NCBI RefSeq assembly: GCF_016433145.1
Contig: NC_058136.1
Coordinates: 32,685,252-32,749,251 of the forward strand
Reading direction: 5' to 3'
Length of the DNA stretch: 64,000 bases
Source: Gracilinanus agilis
Lineage: Eukaryota
Under the pieces are notes generated by a model, which saw only the letters and a program-made list of their open reading frames with translations, was not told the origin of the DNA and searched no databases. Numbering within the stretch: the stretch's first letter is position 1; each line of letters begins with the position of its first letter. The position numbers were made by a program, and so were the translations under genes. Shown piece after piece: positions 37,001-49,616 of this stretch.

Positions 37001-38363
37001 TTTATCCAGAAAGAACTTCTAGGAGGTTCAGGGTTATGGTGTCTGCTCTCTCAGTCCTAAGATTCAGCCAAAAGCTACTGCACTCCCAAAGGAGGTAAGT
37101 AAAGGAAGAGTAAAGGCTAACTTCCCCTCTCTGGGTCTCAGTTTCCTCACTTTAAACTTCCTAGTGAGGACAGAGAGGGAGGAGCGGGGCCCATTAAGGG
37201 AAAGGCTCTGCTCTCTACTGTCTTCTCTCCCTTTCTTTTTAGTCATCTGATTCGAAGTAGAAGTTCTTGCCACGGGATCTGTTGTTAGATGTTAGGCAGT
37301 CCAAGAGCTCGGATAGGAAAAAAAGAACAAATTGATTTGAACTTACCTCCAGGCAAAATTTAGCCTTTTCACAGGCTTTTAAAAACATAATTCTGGAGGG
37401 ATCCATTAGACTTCACTTGATTGCTCAACGGGCTCAGGAAGTAGAGAAGCCTTGACTGAGATCTGGAAGGCCCCCTGGAGGTCACCTGGTTCCCTATTTA
37501 CAGAAGAGTAATTGAGCTCCTGAAAGGGACCGTGACTTACCCAAGGTCACATGGGTAGTGAGTGAGTGGCAGAGCCGGTATTTCAACCCTGGAAAATCTT
37601 TAGTGCCACTGATCCTGTACCCCACCTCCTCCTTCATTCCCTCCTTCCCTCCCTTCAACTCCTTTTCACTGAGTCTGACTCAATTCCATTCCATAAACAG
37701 TGGGCATCCTCTTGACCTAAAGGGCTTCTTCCACTCCCAGAGGATATGTCCTTGGGCACAGCCCTTTACTGGCTGGGCAATGCCTTCAGATCTCTTGTTG
37801 GACAATCCCTTTGTCAGTTGATGGTACACGGAGGCCCAATGGGGAGCAGCGGTCTGGTCTGGCAGCCTCCTCACTAGCCCCCAGGGTCCCACTCAGCTGA
37901 GCCATTAGAGAAGGCCTAGAAGAAGTGATTGGGAAAGGAAAGGAGAAGTAGGAAGTCCCCAGGGCTGAGTGCTAGCAAGTCTGCTTCCTGATCCCAGCTC
38001 TACTGTCTGTGTAGCCTTGGACAAAGCACGTCCTTTATTCCATCTTTCTATTAGCCCATCTCAAAAAGTGCGGGAGTTCAGCTAACTGTTCTCTAAAGTT
38101 CCTTCCGGTTCTAAGGCCTGTGGCCCTTGGGCCGGGTAAGGAGCATTCCCTTCCCCTCAGAGTAAAGGCCCCTTTCTTTTGCTCAAAACCAGGCCTATGG
38201 ACAAAAGAGGATCGTCCAAGGTGAACCATGGGAGGCTGGGAGGCAGGAGAGAGAGCAAGCTCATGTTTCTCCCAGACACCCATGGGAGACCTCTCTGGAA
38301 GTTCTGCCTTTCATGTTCTCGTCAGAGAGGTGACAACCCATTCATTAAAAGGTATTGGTGGGA

Positions 38364-38543
38364 GGGGCAGCTGGGTAGCTTAGTGGAGTGAGAGTCAGGC
38401 CTAGAGACAGGAGGTCCTGGGTTCAAACCCGGCCTCAGCCACTTCCCAGCTGTGTGACCCTGGGCAAGTCACTTGACCCCCATTGCCCACCCTTACCACT
38501 CTTCCACCTATGAGACAATACACCGAAGTACAAGGGTTAAAAA
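38364..38543 (+). mobile_element. Young SINE1_Mdo-type SINE
   Basis: A and B boxes, CORE, tail cctatgagacaatacaccgaagtacaagggttaaaa; 17-bp TSD aaaaggtattggtggga at 38347-38363 and 38544-38560. Confidence 0.95.
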
Positions 38544-40916
38544 AAAAGGTATTGGTGGGAGCAATAAGCGTGGCAGGCATCAGGAGGGGATCTCTCTAGC
38601 CCTGAGCTTTGTGAGGGCTAATAAGTACGCCTGTGGTGTTCATTCAAGTCCAAGGTACCCTCAGCCCCTAATGTGGGAGGGCAATGTAATGTAGTTAGGT
38701 CTCTACCATGTCACCCCCAAATGACGGTTCCCCAAAGAGCCTGCATGGTCCTCATTAATCTGTTTGGGGTCCATCATCCATGTAGTCATTGATTTGCTCA
38801 GCAAACACTTACTGAAGGTTTTCTCTGCATAAGAGAAAGATGGTACAGTGCTTAGAGGCCAGGAAATCAGGAAGACCTGGTGGTGTTCCAATCTGTGACA
38901 CGTACTGACTGGGAGACCCTGGGCAAGTCACTTAATTTCTCAGTGCTCTAGGCAGCCAAGACCCCGAGTTCCAGAGAATTGTGGATCTGTATTGGTAGAG
39001 GGAGTTTCCTAACCTGGAAGTTCTTTGTGCTAATGAAAGCAGAGTTATATTCCCTCTCCTCCTTTTTTTCTATGTGACCCAGTAAGAAGGGCAAGTGGGA
39101 GAGGGGTGTAAAGAAAGAGAAACGAGTATCCGACATAGTCCTACGTTCATAGAACCTCCGAGGCCAGGAAGGGATTATGGGTTCCTCAGTCAACCAATTG
39201 ATAGACATTGATTAAATACCCATGATGTGCCAGGAACTGTGCCAAGTTTATTAAATGTCTACTGTGTCCGAGGCACTGTGCTGGGAGCCGAGAAGACAAT
39301 GACAAAAATGGGGTCATCCCTGCCCTTCAGAGGCTTATGTTCTACTGGGAAACCAAACTCTCCACTCACAGACATGGACTTTTTGTGTTGCAGGAGAAGA
39401 GATGGCCTCTAGCTCGGGTGATCATAGACATCCCACTGGCCTCTGGCCTGGTTCCAGCCCATCCTGGGTGGCGTGCTCAATCCTGGACACCACATTTGAA
39501 GGACTAGAGCGTGTCCAGATGATGCCACACTTCAGACAAACCCATTAAGGAGATCAGGTAAGTGAAGTCATCCCCATAGCAGTGGCTGCTCTGGGCTATG
39601 TTCACAGTGATCCTGGGAGATAGGGAATGCAAGCATTGTTTCCATTTTACAGATGAGGAAAATGAGGTTCAGAAAAGTTAAATGACTTAAACACAATCAC
39701 AGTCAAGAAACATCCTAGACAGGATCTGAGGCCAGGGCTTTGGAGTCCAAATCTTGGATTCTTTCCATTCCAGCTTGCTGACTTGCTTTGAAGATCTGGA
39801 GAAGAAAAGGCTGGGGAAAGGGAGAAATGGGAAGGAACAGGCCTGTTTCTCCTGGTCCAGAGGGTAGAATGGAATGGAGGGGGTCTTCCGAGAGATGGAT
39901 TTTTGGCTGCCCAGCTGGTAGAATTGTCTTCAGGCAGAATGGACAACCTCGGGGGACACTGAGGTCCCCATCTCTGAACATCTTCAGCCACAAGCTGGCT
40001 GAGGCTTGTTAGAGGTGCTTTAGGTGGGATTCTGGTTCAGGCCCAAGTGGGACTCTATAATTTCTGAAGCAGACTCTGTGCCTCTGTGGCTTTCTTGTGT
40101 GGGCATAAGCACCAGGTATGCCATGTTCACTCTGCTGGAGGCTCTCGGGAGCCAAGAATTGGGACAATGGGCACCTCGATTTTTCTGTATTGCTAATGGG
40201 ATTTTTGTTTCCTTGGGAAGAAAGAGCAAGGAAATGACTCTGGGTAGGAGGGAAATTGGGTCCCTTTTTGCTGACTGCTTAAGTGCCTGCTCTAACACTG
40301 CCTTGCAAATGCTATTGGTTACTTTGTGATTGGCTGGACTGTAAAGTCAAGGAAAAAACAATTTAAACTGGAAAACCTGTATTCACTCAGCACAAAGAAG
40401 GTGTTTGGGAAATGAAAAGTCCTGTAAAAAATTGCTTTTCGTGCTGGGGACAAATATTACTGTCCACGCCCACTGAAAACGCAAATAACACCCTGAAACT
40501 GGGGAAGCATAACAACCGGTGGTGATCAGGTTTGCCAGACCCTTGGGGGGCCTAGGGAGGTGGTGACAGCAGAACCAGAATGAGGTCAATGGGGCTAGAC
40601 CTCTTCTCAGGTTCCACGGGCAGCTCAGAGGCAGCCTTTGGCTCCCCAGCTCACCTCTCACAGTGATTAGATCCCTGGAAAGGGAAGAGAAATGGGGTTG
40701 TGGGCCCAAAGAAAGGGGGCAATTCTGGCAGGCTGCCCCAGTTCACCTGTCCATGCCACATGCCAAGTCCCAGGTAGTCACCATCTCCTTCATCCCTTAG
40801 CATCCCCAGGTAAAAACATTCCTAGTTATGCCTCTGGAGGGGACCTGGGATATATCTCCAAGCAGCCTGAGGGATGGTGGGGAAGGGGTGGGAGCTGTAA
40901 GTTAAAAACACCTAGC

Positions 40917-41094
40917 GGGGGCAGCTGGGTAGCTCAGTGGATGGAGAGTCAGACCTAGAGACAGGAGGTCCTGGGTTCAAATCCGGCCTCAGACACTTCC
41001 CAGCTGTGTGACCCTGGGCAAGTCACTTGACCCCCATTGCCTACCCTTACCACTCTTCCACCTAGGAGCCAATACACAAGGGTTTTTTAAAAAA
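40917..41094 (+). mobile_element. SINE1_Mdo-type SINE
   Basis: A and B boxes, CORE; TSD core acacctagc on both sides. Confidence 0.93.
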
Positions 41095-41296
41095 CAACAC
41101 CTAGCATGGGGCCAGGCTGTGAGCAAAGTCTTCTATTGAATCATGGACCCCATCTCAGAATGAGATTTTTAAGTGCTCCTCTTCAGTTAGAAGTTAGTGG
41201 AAATACAGATGTCATTTTTTTCTCCCATGAACCCCTCTGAATCATCCACAGACTCTCAGGGGCCTGGAGAGCTTAGGTTATAAACCTTTGTCTTAG

Positions 41297-41545
41297 TTTT
41301 TGTTGTTCCATCGTTTTTAGTTTGTCTGACTCTTTGTGATCCCATTCGGGGGTTTTCTTGGCAAAGATACTTGGAGTGGTTTGCCATTTCCTTCTCCAGC
41401 TTGTTTTACAGACGAGGAAACTGAGGCAGACAGGGTTAACTGACTTACCCAGGGTCACACAGTTAGAAGTACCTGAGGCCATATTTGAACTCAGGAAGAT
41501 GAGTCTTCCTGATGTTCCATCTACTGTGCCCTTGTCCCAGCTACT
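41297..41545 (-). mobile_element. MAR1 SINE (CORE plus BovB/RTE-like tail)
   Basis: ggggttttcttggcaaagatacttggagtggtttgccatttccttctccagc is the reverse MAR1 tail, followed by the reverse CORE and head. Confidence 0.9.
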
Positions 41546-41589
41546 CCAGACCCTTCTTCCCCTGACCTAGATCAAAACTCCATCTAGAA

Positions 41590-41772
41590 GGGGGCATCTG
41601 GGTAGCTCTGTGGATTGAGAGTCAGGCCTAGAGACAGGAGGTCCTAGGTTCAAACCCGGCCTCAGCCACTTCCCAGCTGGGTGACCCTGGGCAAGTCACT
41701 TGACCCCCATTGCCCACCCTTACCAATCTTCCACCTATGAGACAATACACCGAAGTACAAGGGTTAAAAAAA
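41590..41772 (+). mobile_element. Young SINE1_Mdo-type SINE
   Basis: Nearly identical to the copy at 38364; TSD aaaactccatctag at 41574-41587 and ending at 41786. Confidence 0.95.
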
Positions 41773-42981
41773 AAAACTCCATCTAGGTGGCGTTAGTAGA
41801 ATGGCTTCAAGGGCTGATGAAATGTCATCACTCTGTTGACCAGTGATGAGACAGGCCTCATTGGGCCCTTACCCAGAAGCCTTACAGCCTGGCTGAACTG
41901 CAGACTAAGACACCGCTGAGCACTCTGGATCTTGGCCATATCCTGATGAGGCATCAGAGCAGGGAGAAGCAGAGTGAAGCTCTCTAGAAAGGAGATGTTA
42001 CTATTGTCCTTGCTCCCCTCCTGGGAGCACTCAGACTCCACCTTCCATGCTGCTTTCTCTAGAAGGACTCCAGCTCTTATTGGTGGAGCACCCAGATCAG
42101 AGGTGACCAGGGCAAAGCGCAATAGAACTGTAGCTGCCCTAAATAGAGGAGTGTCCTGGGCCAACACCATGACTAACAGCAGAGAGGGCATGCTTCTTAG
42201 ATCTGCGGGCACTACAGAGCTAGGAGGAATGGCCAATATGCTGTAGGAGAGGAGCCCTAAACTTCTCAGCAGGCCAAAACAATGGGCCAAATAAAATAAG
42301 ATGAAATGTAATGGGGCATGAGTCTTGCTCTTGGTCTACAGAGATCAATGTGACAAGTAAAAGGTAAGGGGGCATATGGGTAGGCAGCTATTACTTGGAT
42401 TGTTTTAGTGAATCGCAGGAGCTGATGTGACCTTAGGGTGCGTTGAGGCAGGGCCTGAAGAAGGTGAGCCACCTGAGGTTCTCTGCATGGCCAGACCACA
42501 CATGGACAATCGTGCTTAGTTCTGAGGGCCTCAGTTTGGGATGGATGTTGAGAAACTGGGCCGCGCCACAGACAGAGCCTGCTAACCAGGATGCTGCCTG
42601 GAGTTCACACCATATACCATAGAAGTATGAACTTGAAGTAACCTGGGGAGAGATGACTCAGGGGGCAGGGCACACTAGCCCAATATGGAGAAGAGAGATC
42701 AGTTTTGTCGGAACTGGGAGCACCGAGTTGAGTTGGCAAAGAAACAGATGTGGGTCTCCCACCAGTTTGAAAAACAACCCGGCAAGTAATTAGAGCTTCC
42801 CTAAAAGGAAATGAGCTTTCTAGGGAGGTAGTGGGTTCCCTCTCGCTTCAGGACTCAAGGCCTCACCTGGAATCAAGCCCTGCCTTGTCAGTGGAAAATA
42901 GAGGATACAAGGTTGGCCCTGAAGTCAGGAAAATTTGAGTTCAAATGCTACCCAAGACACTTGCTAGCTGGGTGACCCTGG

Positions 42982-43175
42982 NNNNNNNNNNNNNNNNNNN
43001 NNNNNNNNNNNNNNNNNNNNNNNNNNNNNNNNNNNNNNNNNNNNNNNNNNNNNNNNNNNNNNNNNNNNNNNNNNNNNNNNNNNNNNNNNNNNNNNNNNNN
43101 NNNNNNNNNNNNNNNNNNNNNNNNNNNNNNNNNNNNNNNNNNNNNNNNNNNNNNNNNNNNNNNNNNNNNNNNNNN
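42982..43175. other. Assembly gap (194 N)
   Basis: Run of n read directly; it truncates a MIR-like element on its left. Confidence 1.
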
Positions 43176-43545
43176 CCCTCTCTGGGTCCATTTCCTCCTC
43201 TGTCAGATGAGGGTGGCGGCCCCCATGCTATCAGAGATAGGCTTCCAACTCTAGATTGCAGATGCTTGGAGCATTCCCTCTCCCACCACCTGAATTGTTT
43301 TCTATCTCCTCATTCCCATGGGAGGGTCTCCTATCCTCTCAGAACATAAACTCCTCCAGAGCCTTTGTTTCCCCAGCCCCAGGGCCCAGTGCAGGGGTTG
43401 GCACTTCCAAAGTGTTTAATGTTGTACAGAATAGGAAAGCTGGCTAGCCCCTCAGCAGGCCTGGATGCCAGGAAGGGCTGCTTCTAACCCATTGGATTAG
43501 ATGCCTTCAGAGGTCCCCTCGGAACTGGAGNTAGTAAGTGCTCAA

Positions 43546-43576
<31 letters not shown>

Positions 43577-43954
43577 TATGTCCCCTCTCCTTTCCCTCTC
43601 CCTCTCTGGGTCCATTTCCTCCTCTGTCAGATGAGGGTGGCGGCCCCCATGCTATCAGAGATAGGCTTCCAACTCTAGATTGCAGATGCTTGGAGCATTC
43701 CCTCTCCCACCACCTGAATTGTTTTCTATCTCCTCATTCCCATGGGAGGGTCTCCTATCCTCTCAGAACATAAACTCCTCCAGAGCCTTTGTTTCCCCAG
43801 CCCCAGGGCCCAGTGCAGGGGTTGGCACTTCCAAAGTGTTTAATGTTGTACAGAATAGGAAAGCTGGCTAGCCCCTCAGCAGGCCTGGATGCCAGGAAGG
43901 GCTGCTTCTAACCCATTGGATTAGATGCCTTCAGAGGTCCCCTCGGAACTGGAG
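43176..43954. repeat. 355-bp direct duplication (43176-43530 and 43600-43954), probably an assembly artefact
   Basis: The copies look identical at an offset of 424 and give identical ORFs at 43256 and 43680. Copy 1 is bounded by the N gap and a single n at 43531. Confidence 0.9.
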
Positions 43955-46900
43955 ATTCTGGGATCCACAGCTTCTCTCCTTGTTAGAAACTCGGCTCCCA
44001 TGCCTGCAGCCTCAAGTGCTATTGGGAGAGAGATGGTGCTAAAGTGTCCCCACCAGCTCCCACCGCTGCCAGCCCTCAGTGGATCTGTCCCTCATTTCGA
44101 AGACGAAAGGCAAACGGCAAGAAAGAGATGGTGTTGCATACAGCCTGGCCTAGGAGGGCTCTACAGTGGTGAGGCTGAAATTGTACTGCCAGGACAATGG
44201 GGCCAGCAGAAATATTGGGATTCTTTTTCATCCCGGACTTGTGATTTCATTAACAAAGGGAGTTCCCCATGAGGTGGTTCCTTTGACCAAAGTGGGTGAG
44301 CCCCTACTTGGCAATTGAGAGAATATAGACAGTTTCTTGGTGCCCTCTGTTTAAGTGACCTGTCCAAGGTCACGCATGCAGCCAGTATGTGTCCGAGGTG
44401 AGATTTGACTCCAGGTTGTCCTGATAGGGAGGCCAGCTCCGGCTCTGTATCCACTATTCCAGGCTTACTCTCATTTGGACTTGGCAATCGGGGCTTTAGA
44501 AAAATGAATTTACATAAATCCAATGTTCAATGCACAATGTATTTGAAAACAGTAGCATATTGGCTGGGGGGAGGTGAGGGGGATGTTTTATGAGTTTCAA
44601 AGAAGAGGATCTGGGAGGGTAAACACACTCCTTTATTTATCCCTTCAGCTGTAACCCTACTGGCACGAAACCTAGGAGAGGCTTAATGAATTGGGGCATA
44701 TTTTTTCCAAAGGATGTGTCGGTGATTTGGAACCTGCTTGGCTGCTTTGGATTGTTCTCTTTCCTTCGTACTCATTCTTGGATTTGGGTTTGCTTTTGGA
44801 AGGGCACTTCCTGGGAAGCCGGAAGGCCATTGAGCAAGACTCTGGGTGGTGACGGCGAAGGCTCCTCCCCTGAGACCAAGTGCCTGGGCCCGCTGGGAGA
44901 GGACAGAGGCGGCTCAGAGGGGTGTGGGGACACCGGCTCATAGGATAGGGAGCTGTGCAGGACCTTAAACATCATCCAGTCCAAACTCCTTCATTTTGCA
45001 GAGAGGAAAACCGAGGCTCATCCAAAGAACCTATTCCCGAGGAGCTCAGCCATGACCTAGTGGCCTGTTGGCGGCCACAATGGGGATTGCGCCTCCCTGG
45101 CTTTTCTAGTATCTTGACTCAAGGAAGAGGCACTCTGTTTCCTTTCTTCAGTCATCAGGGACACCCGGGTGGCCAGAAGCTCCCTCCCTGTGACTGGGCC
45201 TTTCTGGCAAGGTCTTCCTATTGCTGGTGACCTTCCTCCCCTGCTACACACACCCCAGTAGGGATCAGAAAACCACGTACGTGGGGCAGAGGGGCATTGA
45301 AATGTGTCTCGGTTCAGAGGTGGGCAGCCTCCTTCCCCTAACCCTCAAAGTCAGGGTCAGGAAGGGTACACATCCAGTCTCCCAAGTCTGAAGGATTTCC
45401 TCCTTTCTCCCTTACTTGGGCCATGAAGAGATGACCACAGACACTGAACCAAAGCCAAACAACCCCATAGCCAACTCAGTGATGTGCTTCCCCTTCTCAA
45501 TCTCCCCTTCATCCCTGTCCTTCCAGAATTACCAAGTATCCCCATGCCCATGCCCACGTTGGCTGGTTGGGACCATGTAGAAAGGGCCCCGCCTAACGTA
45601 TGGAGTTGGGGTCAAGGACCAAGGGAATGTCGTAGATTATTGACGTAGTCCCTGTAGCCTGAAGATAGGGGGTAATTGCGATGCTACCTGTTGGAATAGG
45701 GGGAGGACAGGTTTTTAAAGCCTCAGTATCTGTGTATAAATGGGGCCTCGGTGGATGAGAGGGAGAAAAGAAAAGGGCAGAGAAATAGGTAATCACAGGA
45801 CGGGATTAGATGTTGAGACCCTTCTGGCTCATATGTGATCCCTGCATCCCAAAGAGGTTCTAACCCATCCCTCAGCCCTCGTGAACATGGTTTTCTGGGA
45901 GATTCTTTGCCATATTTGGAATAGGGGCATCCATTCCTCAGCATACACTGTAGCTGGAAAACTGTGGCAGCCCTTACCAGCCCTGCCCGCCCACAAAGCC
46001 TCAGGAAAGTCATTCATTTCAAAAGGGAAAACAGTCTCCGAGTGATGGGCCTTGGAAAGCAACAACAATGACAATGTGCCAGGATGACAGAGGCTGCCCA
46101 ACCCCGTCTCCTTTATCTTCTTGGGAGGGGAGAATCCTTTCTCTTACTGGAGGAATACTCCTCTGCCAGCCAGATGTGGGTTTTCATCGAGGCTTTGTTT
46201 GAGATAGCTGCAATCTGTCTCCATTTGCTCTAGGTACCTTTCCTCCCTCTCACTTTAACTGTGCTGAGAAAGCTAAGGGTAAGGGTGGGATGGGAGGAGT
46301 ATGGGCCCGTGCAGCGCACACTCAATTAATCTTCTCAATTAAAAATCAGTCGGACAAATTTTCCAGCCAAGACTAGAAATACAATTCAGAAATAACTGTA
46401 TTGAACAGGCATTAAACATTGCACCAAAAGCATTGGGAAACACAATTCTACAGAGCGGAAAAGGTCACAGTTTCCATAAGAAATTCCTTTAAGAAGATCA
46501 TTAACAGCCACTCAATAATCTAACCCTAACCCCATCCCACCCCCATTCAATAAAGTGTACATTCTCTAGCCATTAATTACTTCACAGACACAGTTTTAAG
46601 AATAATGGGATTGTCATGCATTACCACTGTGGATGACCCTGGGTCTCTTTCATAGGGAAGGAAAGACAAAGCAGACAGTAAGGAAGAAGAGGAGAGGCAA
46701 CTAGCACAGGGGGATGCCCGGGGGTTTTGAGGGGAGTATGTCTCCTAGCCGTGACCTAATGTAGTGTTTTGTTGTTATGCCTCGGTGAAGGCCAGTGTGG
46801 GTATGCCAAGCTGGAATGACCAAGGTCGCCATCTTGAAAGCCCTCTCTTCACCTAAGACATGTCCTGCTAGGGTGCTGCTGGATGAGGGGTAGACCTTGT

Positions 46901-49472
46901 CATGCATCTGGTATTTATTCATTGCTTTGTTTTGGAGAAGATGTCTTGGTGAACTTGTTTTTCTTTTCAAATCTCGCTGTTTGGCTCATACTTCATAGCT
47001 CAGGATATAAATAGTCATGGCGAAACTGTGGGTAAGCAGTGGCACCCGAGTGGCACCCAAATATACGCCACTCCATGGTATCTCTGTGCAGAATGGGGAA
47101 TTTTCCTCCAAGTCGGCCCCATTCCCATTTGCTATGGCTTAGTGAGTGCTCAGTTCATCAGCCTGTTGATCGGTGTTATTAGAAGATCCATCCATTTGTT
47201 AAGTTGGAGAGTAGGTGACCCAAAGCCATTAAGGAGAAGACTGGTAAAAGCGACACGTGGTCAGTGCTTTTACCTGGTGACTGGGCAAGAGCCTTGCTGT
47301 CTGCCTTTCAGTTGTAAGGAGGCAAAGGAACCTAGGGTGCTTTTAGTGTGGGATTCAGTTTACACTAACTGGCTCAATCCAGTAAGGCCAATATTAATAA
47401 GATGGACTCAGCCCAGCATAACTGGTGTGCTAGCAACAGCTAACCCAGGTTTAGTCCTTCAAGAATGTTGCCAACAGTTTTCTAACTATTCCTATCCAAG
47501 GAGAGAACCCTTATCCCTTTCATGCTGCTTCTGCTGGGGGACAACTCTGCCTTACAGACCAGTCAAGCCAGCTCAGGTTTTGACTGGTTGAAGGTGGAGG
47601 GGCAGGATGTGACTGCTAAGGGCCCCTGAGGTTAGAGGCCCAACTGGGCAGGGTGTTGAATGTGAAAAGAAAGTGGAAGACTGAAGTAGTGGGTAGCCTG
47701 ATTATCTGTGGCCCTGGGGGAAAGCACAGCTCTAGGACCCGAACTGGTGGATCAGAGGGGGTCTAGTCTAGCTTCTCAGTTGGGGTTTTATCTTAGTTTT
47801 TATTTAGTTGTCTTCTCCACTAAAAGGTAGGGAGGGTGCCTCACAGTTCCCTGAAAGACAGGGCATGCTGGCTTTAGGAATGAGGAAGGGATCCCAGTAC
47901 AAGAGGAGCAGCTGTAGGTCACATGGAGACCACTTTCTCCACCAGGCAGGTGCCAGGTATAGGTTTCCACTGGCTCCCAAGTCATCAGAGCAAGTACCAT
48001 GTTTAGCCTCTAAGTCTCATGAAGCTTACCCCACTGGATAAATTGCTCTGAGAACAATTCCTAGACCTGAACCTTGGGGTCACTCAGAACACTAGGTCAC
48101 CATGCATTCCTGAGAATAACTGGGTCTTTGATGAATGGGCTACAGGCCTCAGTATGGCCACTACTCTTGGCTTTACCCCCAATGCTACACTCTCATAGCA
48201 GAACTGCTCTTGCAAAAGAAATTGTATGCACAATTTGGGGAGCTGAGCTGACAAAAAAAGGGGCAGGATGGCCTGAATTCAGCCTGGACACACCTGAGTT
48301 TGTCCATGTCTGCATGGTATGGGGGATGGGAAAAGAGACAGGTAACTAAACCAAGGAAGGATCCATGGTCAAAGGGAGAAATGTTGCCTAGAAGAGGACA
48401 GAGAGCAGTGTTAATTTGCTAATCCTGAGAAGCCCTAGAATAGACTTTCTCCTATTGGGAATTCTTAAAGAATAGCCCCTAGATGAGAGAGCTGGAATGA
48501 ATGAATGAAAGAAGGCTGAACCTGGGAGTGCAAGTAGGCTAGGAATAGCTCTGAGAGGAAAGCCGAATCACTTGTAGATGCCATATAGTACCAGGAGGCT
48601 TTCGTGAAGAGCCATTATCCTAAGGTGACATGAAGTAAGGTGCCTGGACTGAGCAGGGGAAAGCCTCAGACTTAAATAACCCAATCGAAGAAGTTCAGAA
48701 AGAGATGAAGAAGAAAGAAACAGAAGACTAAGGAAAGATGGCAGAAAAGACTGAAGAATATTTAATTTAACTGGAGCAAGGCAGTTGACCTCCTGGTCCC
48801 CTTGTTTCTCTACCGTAAAGTAGAAAGAATGATATTTGCCCTCTTCTACACCCTGCTTCATTATTCCCACTGAGGAGGTGAGGTGAGATGAGGCATGAGT
48901 GATTGTCCCAAGCTCTTCCAAAACATGATGCTCAGAAAATCCAGGATGTTAATGTCCATAAGAGCAATAATGGCAGGAATGACAAAGGAGGTGAGTCGAA
49001 GTAGTTCCAAACAACTCCCACTAGAAAAATGTGATCATAATTCATATTCACATCAGAAGACTTCATATCCTTCTTTAACACTTGCTTGTTCTCCCCCACT
49101 CCTCCCAGCTTCACTTCACAAATGAATATATGGTGGCAAACCCTCCCTGATCTAGGCTAGTTGCTGGGGTCTACATCTATGTTAATAAAACATCCAAATA
49201 CACATCTTTGTTTACTTGTCTAAACCTAGTTCCATGCTAATCCTATGTACATTTGGGTGTCCTGGTTAAGGTCTTCAGCTGTCTCCAACAGAGATGGTCA
49301 ATTAACCAGTTCATTCTAGACATTCCTCGATTTCATATTAATCAGAATCTTTCTTAAGCTAACAAGTGGCTACCTTTCACAATCAACCATAAAAAGAAAT
49401 TTGGATGAATTTTCTATGGGTTCTACCCCATTGAGAACATTAACCTCTGAAGGTGTACATGCCATACACCCA

Positions 49473-49476
<4 letters not shown>

Positions 49477-49510
<34 letters not shown>
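49477..49510. repeat. (CA)n microsatellite
   Basis: Direct reading. Confidence 0.95.
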
Positions 49511-49513
<3 letters not shown>

Positions 49514-49616
49514 TCTGTATACCTATGTTACAGCTATACTAGATAATGTTCCCTGCTGGGAAGAACCATTAGATAGAGAATATAGGAATCCTAACTTTGT
49601 TTACAATTCTATTGGG

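Noticed and set aside
42945-43349. ORFs spanning the N run
   Set aside because: Artefacts of translating N as X.
47028-47591. 187-aa plus-strand ORF in the TE-free island
   Set aside because: GTG start out of frame with the good-context ATG at 47017; Cys/Trp-rich random-looking composition; no homology recognised.
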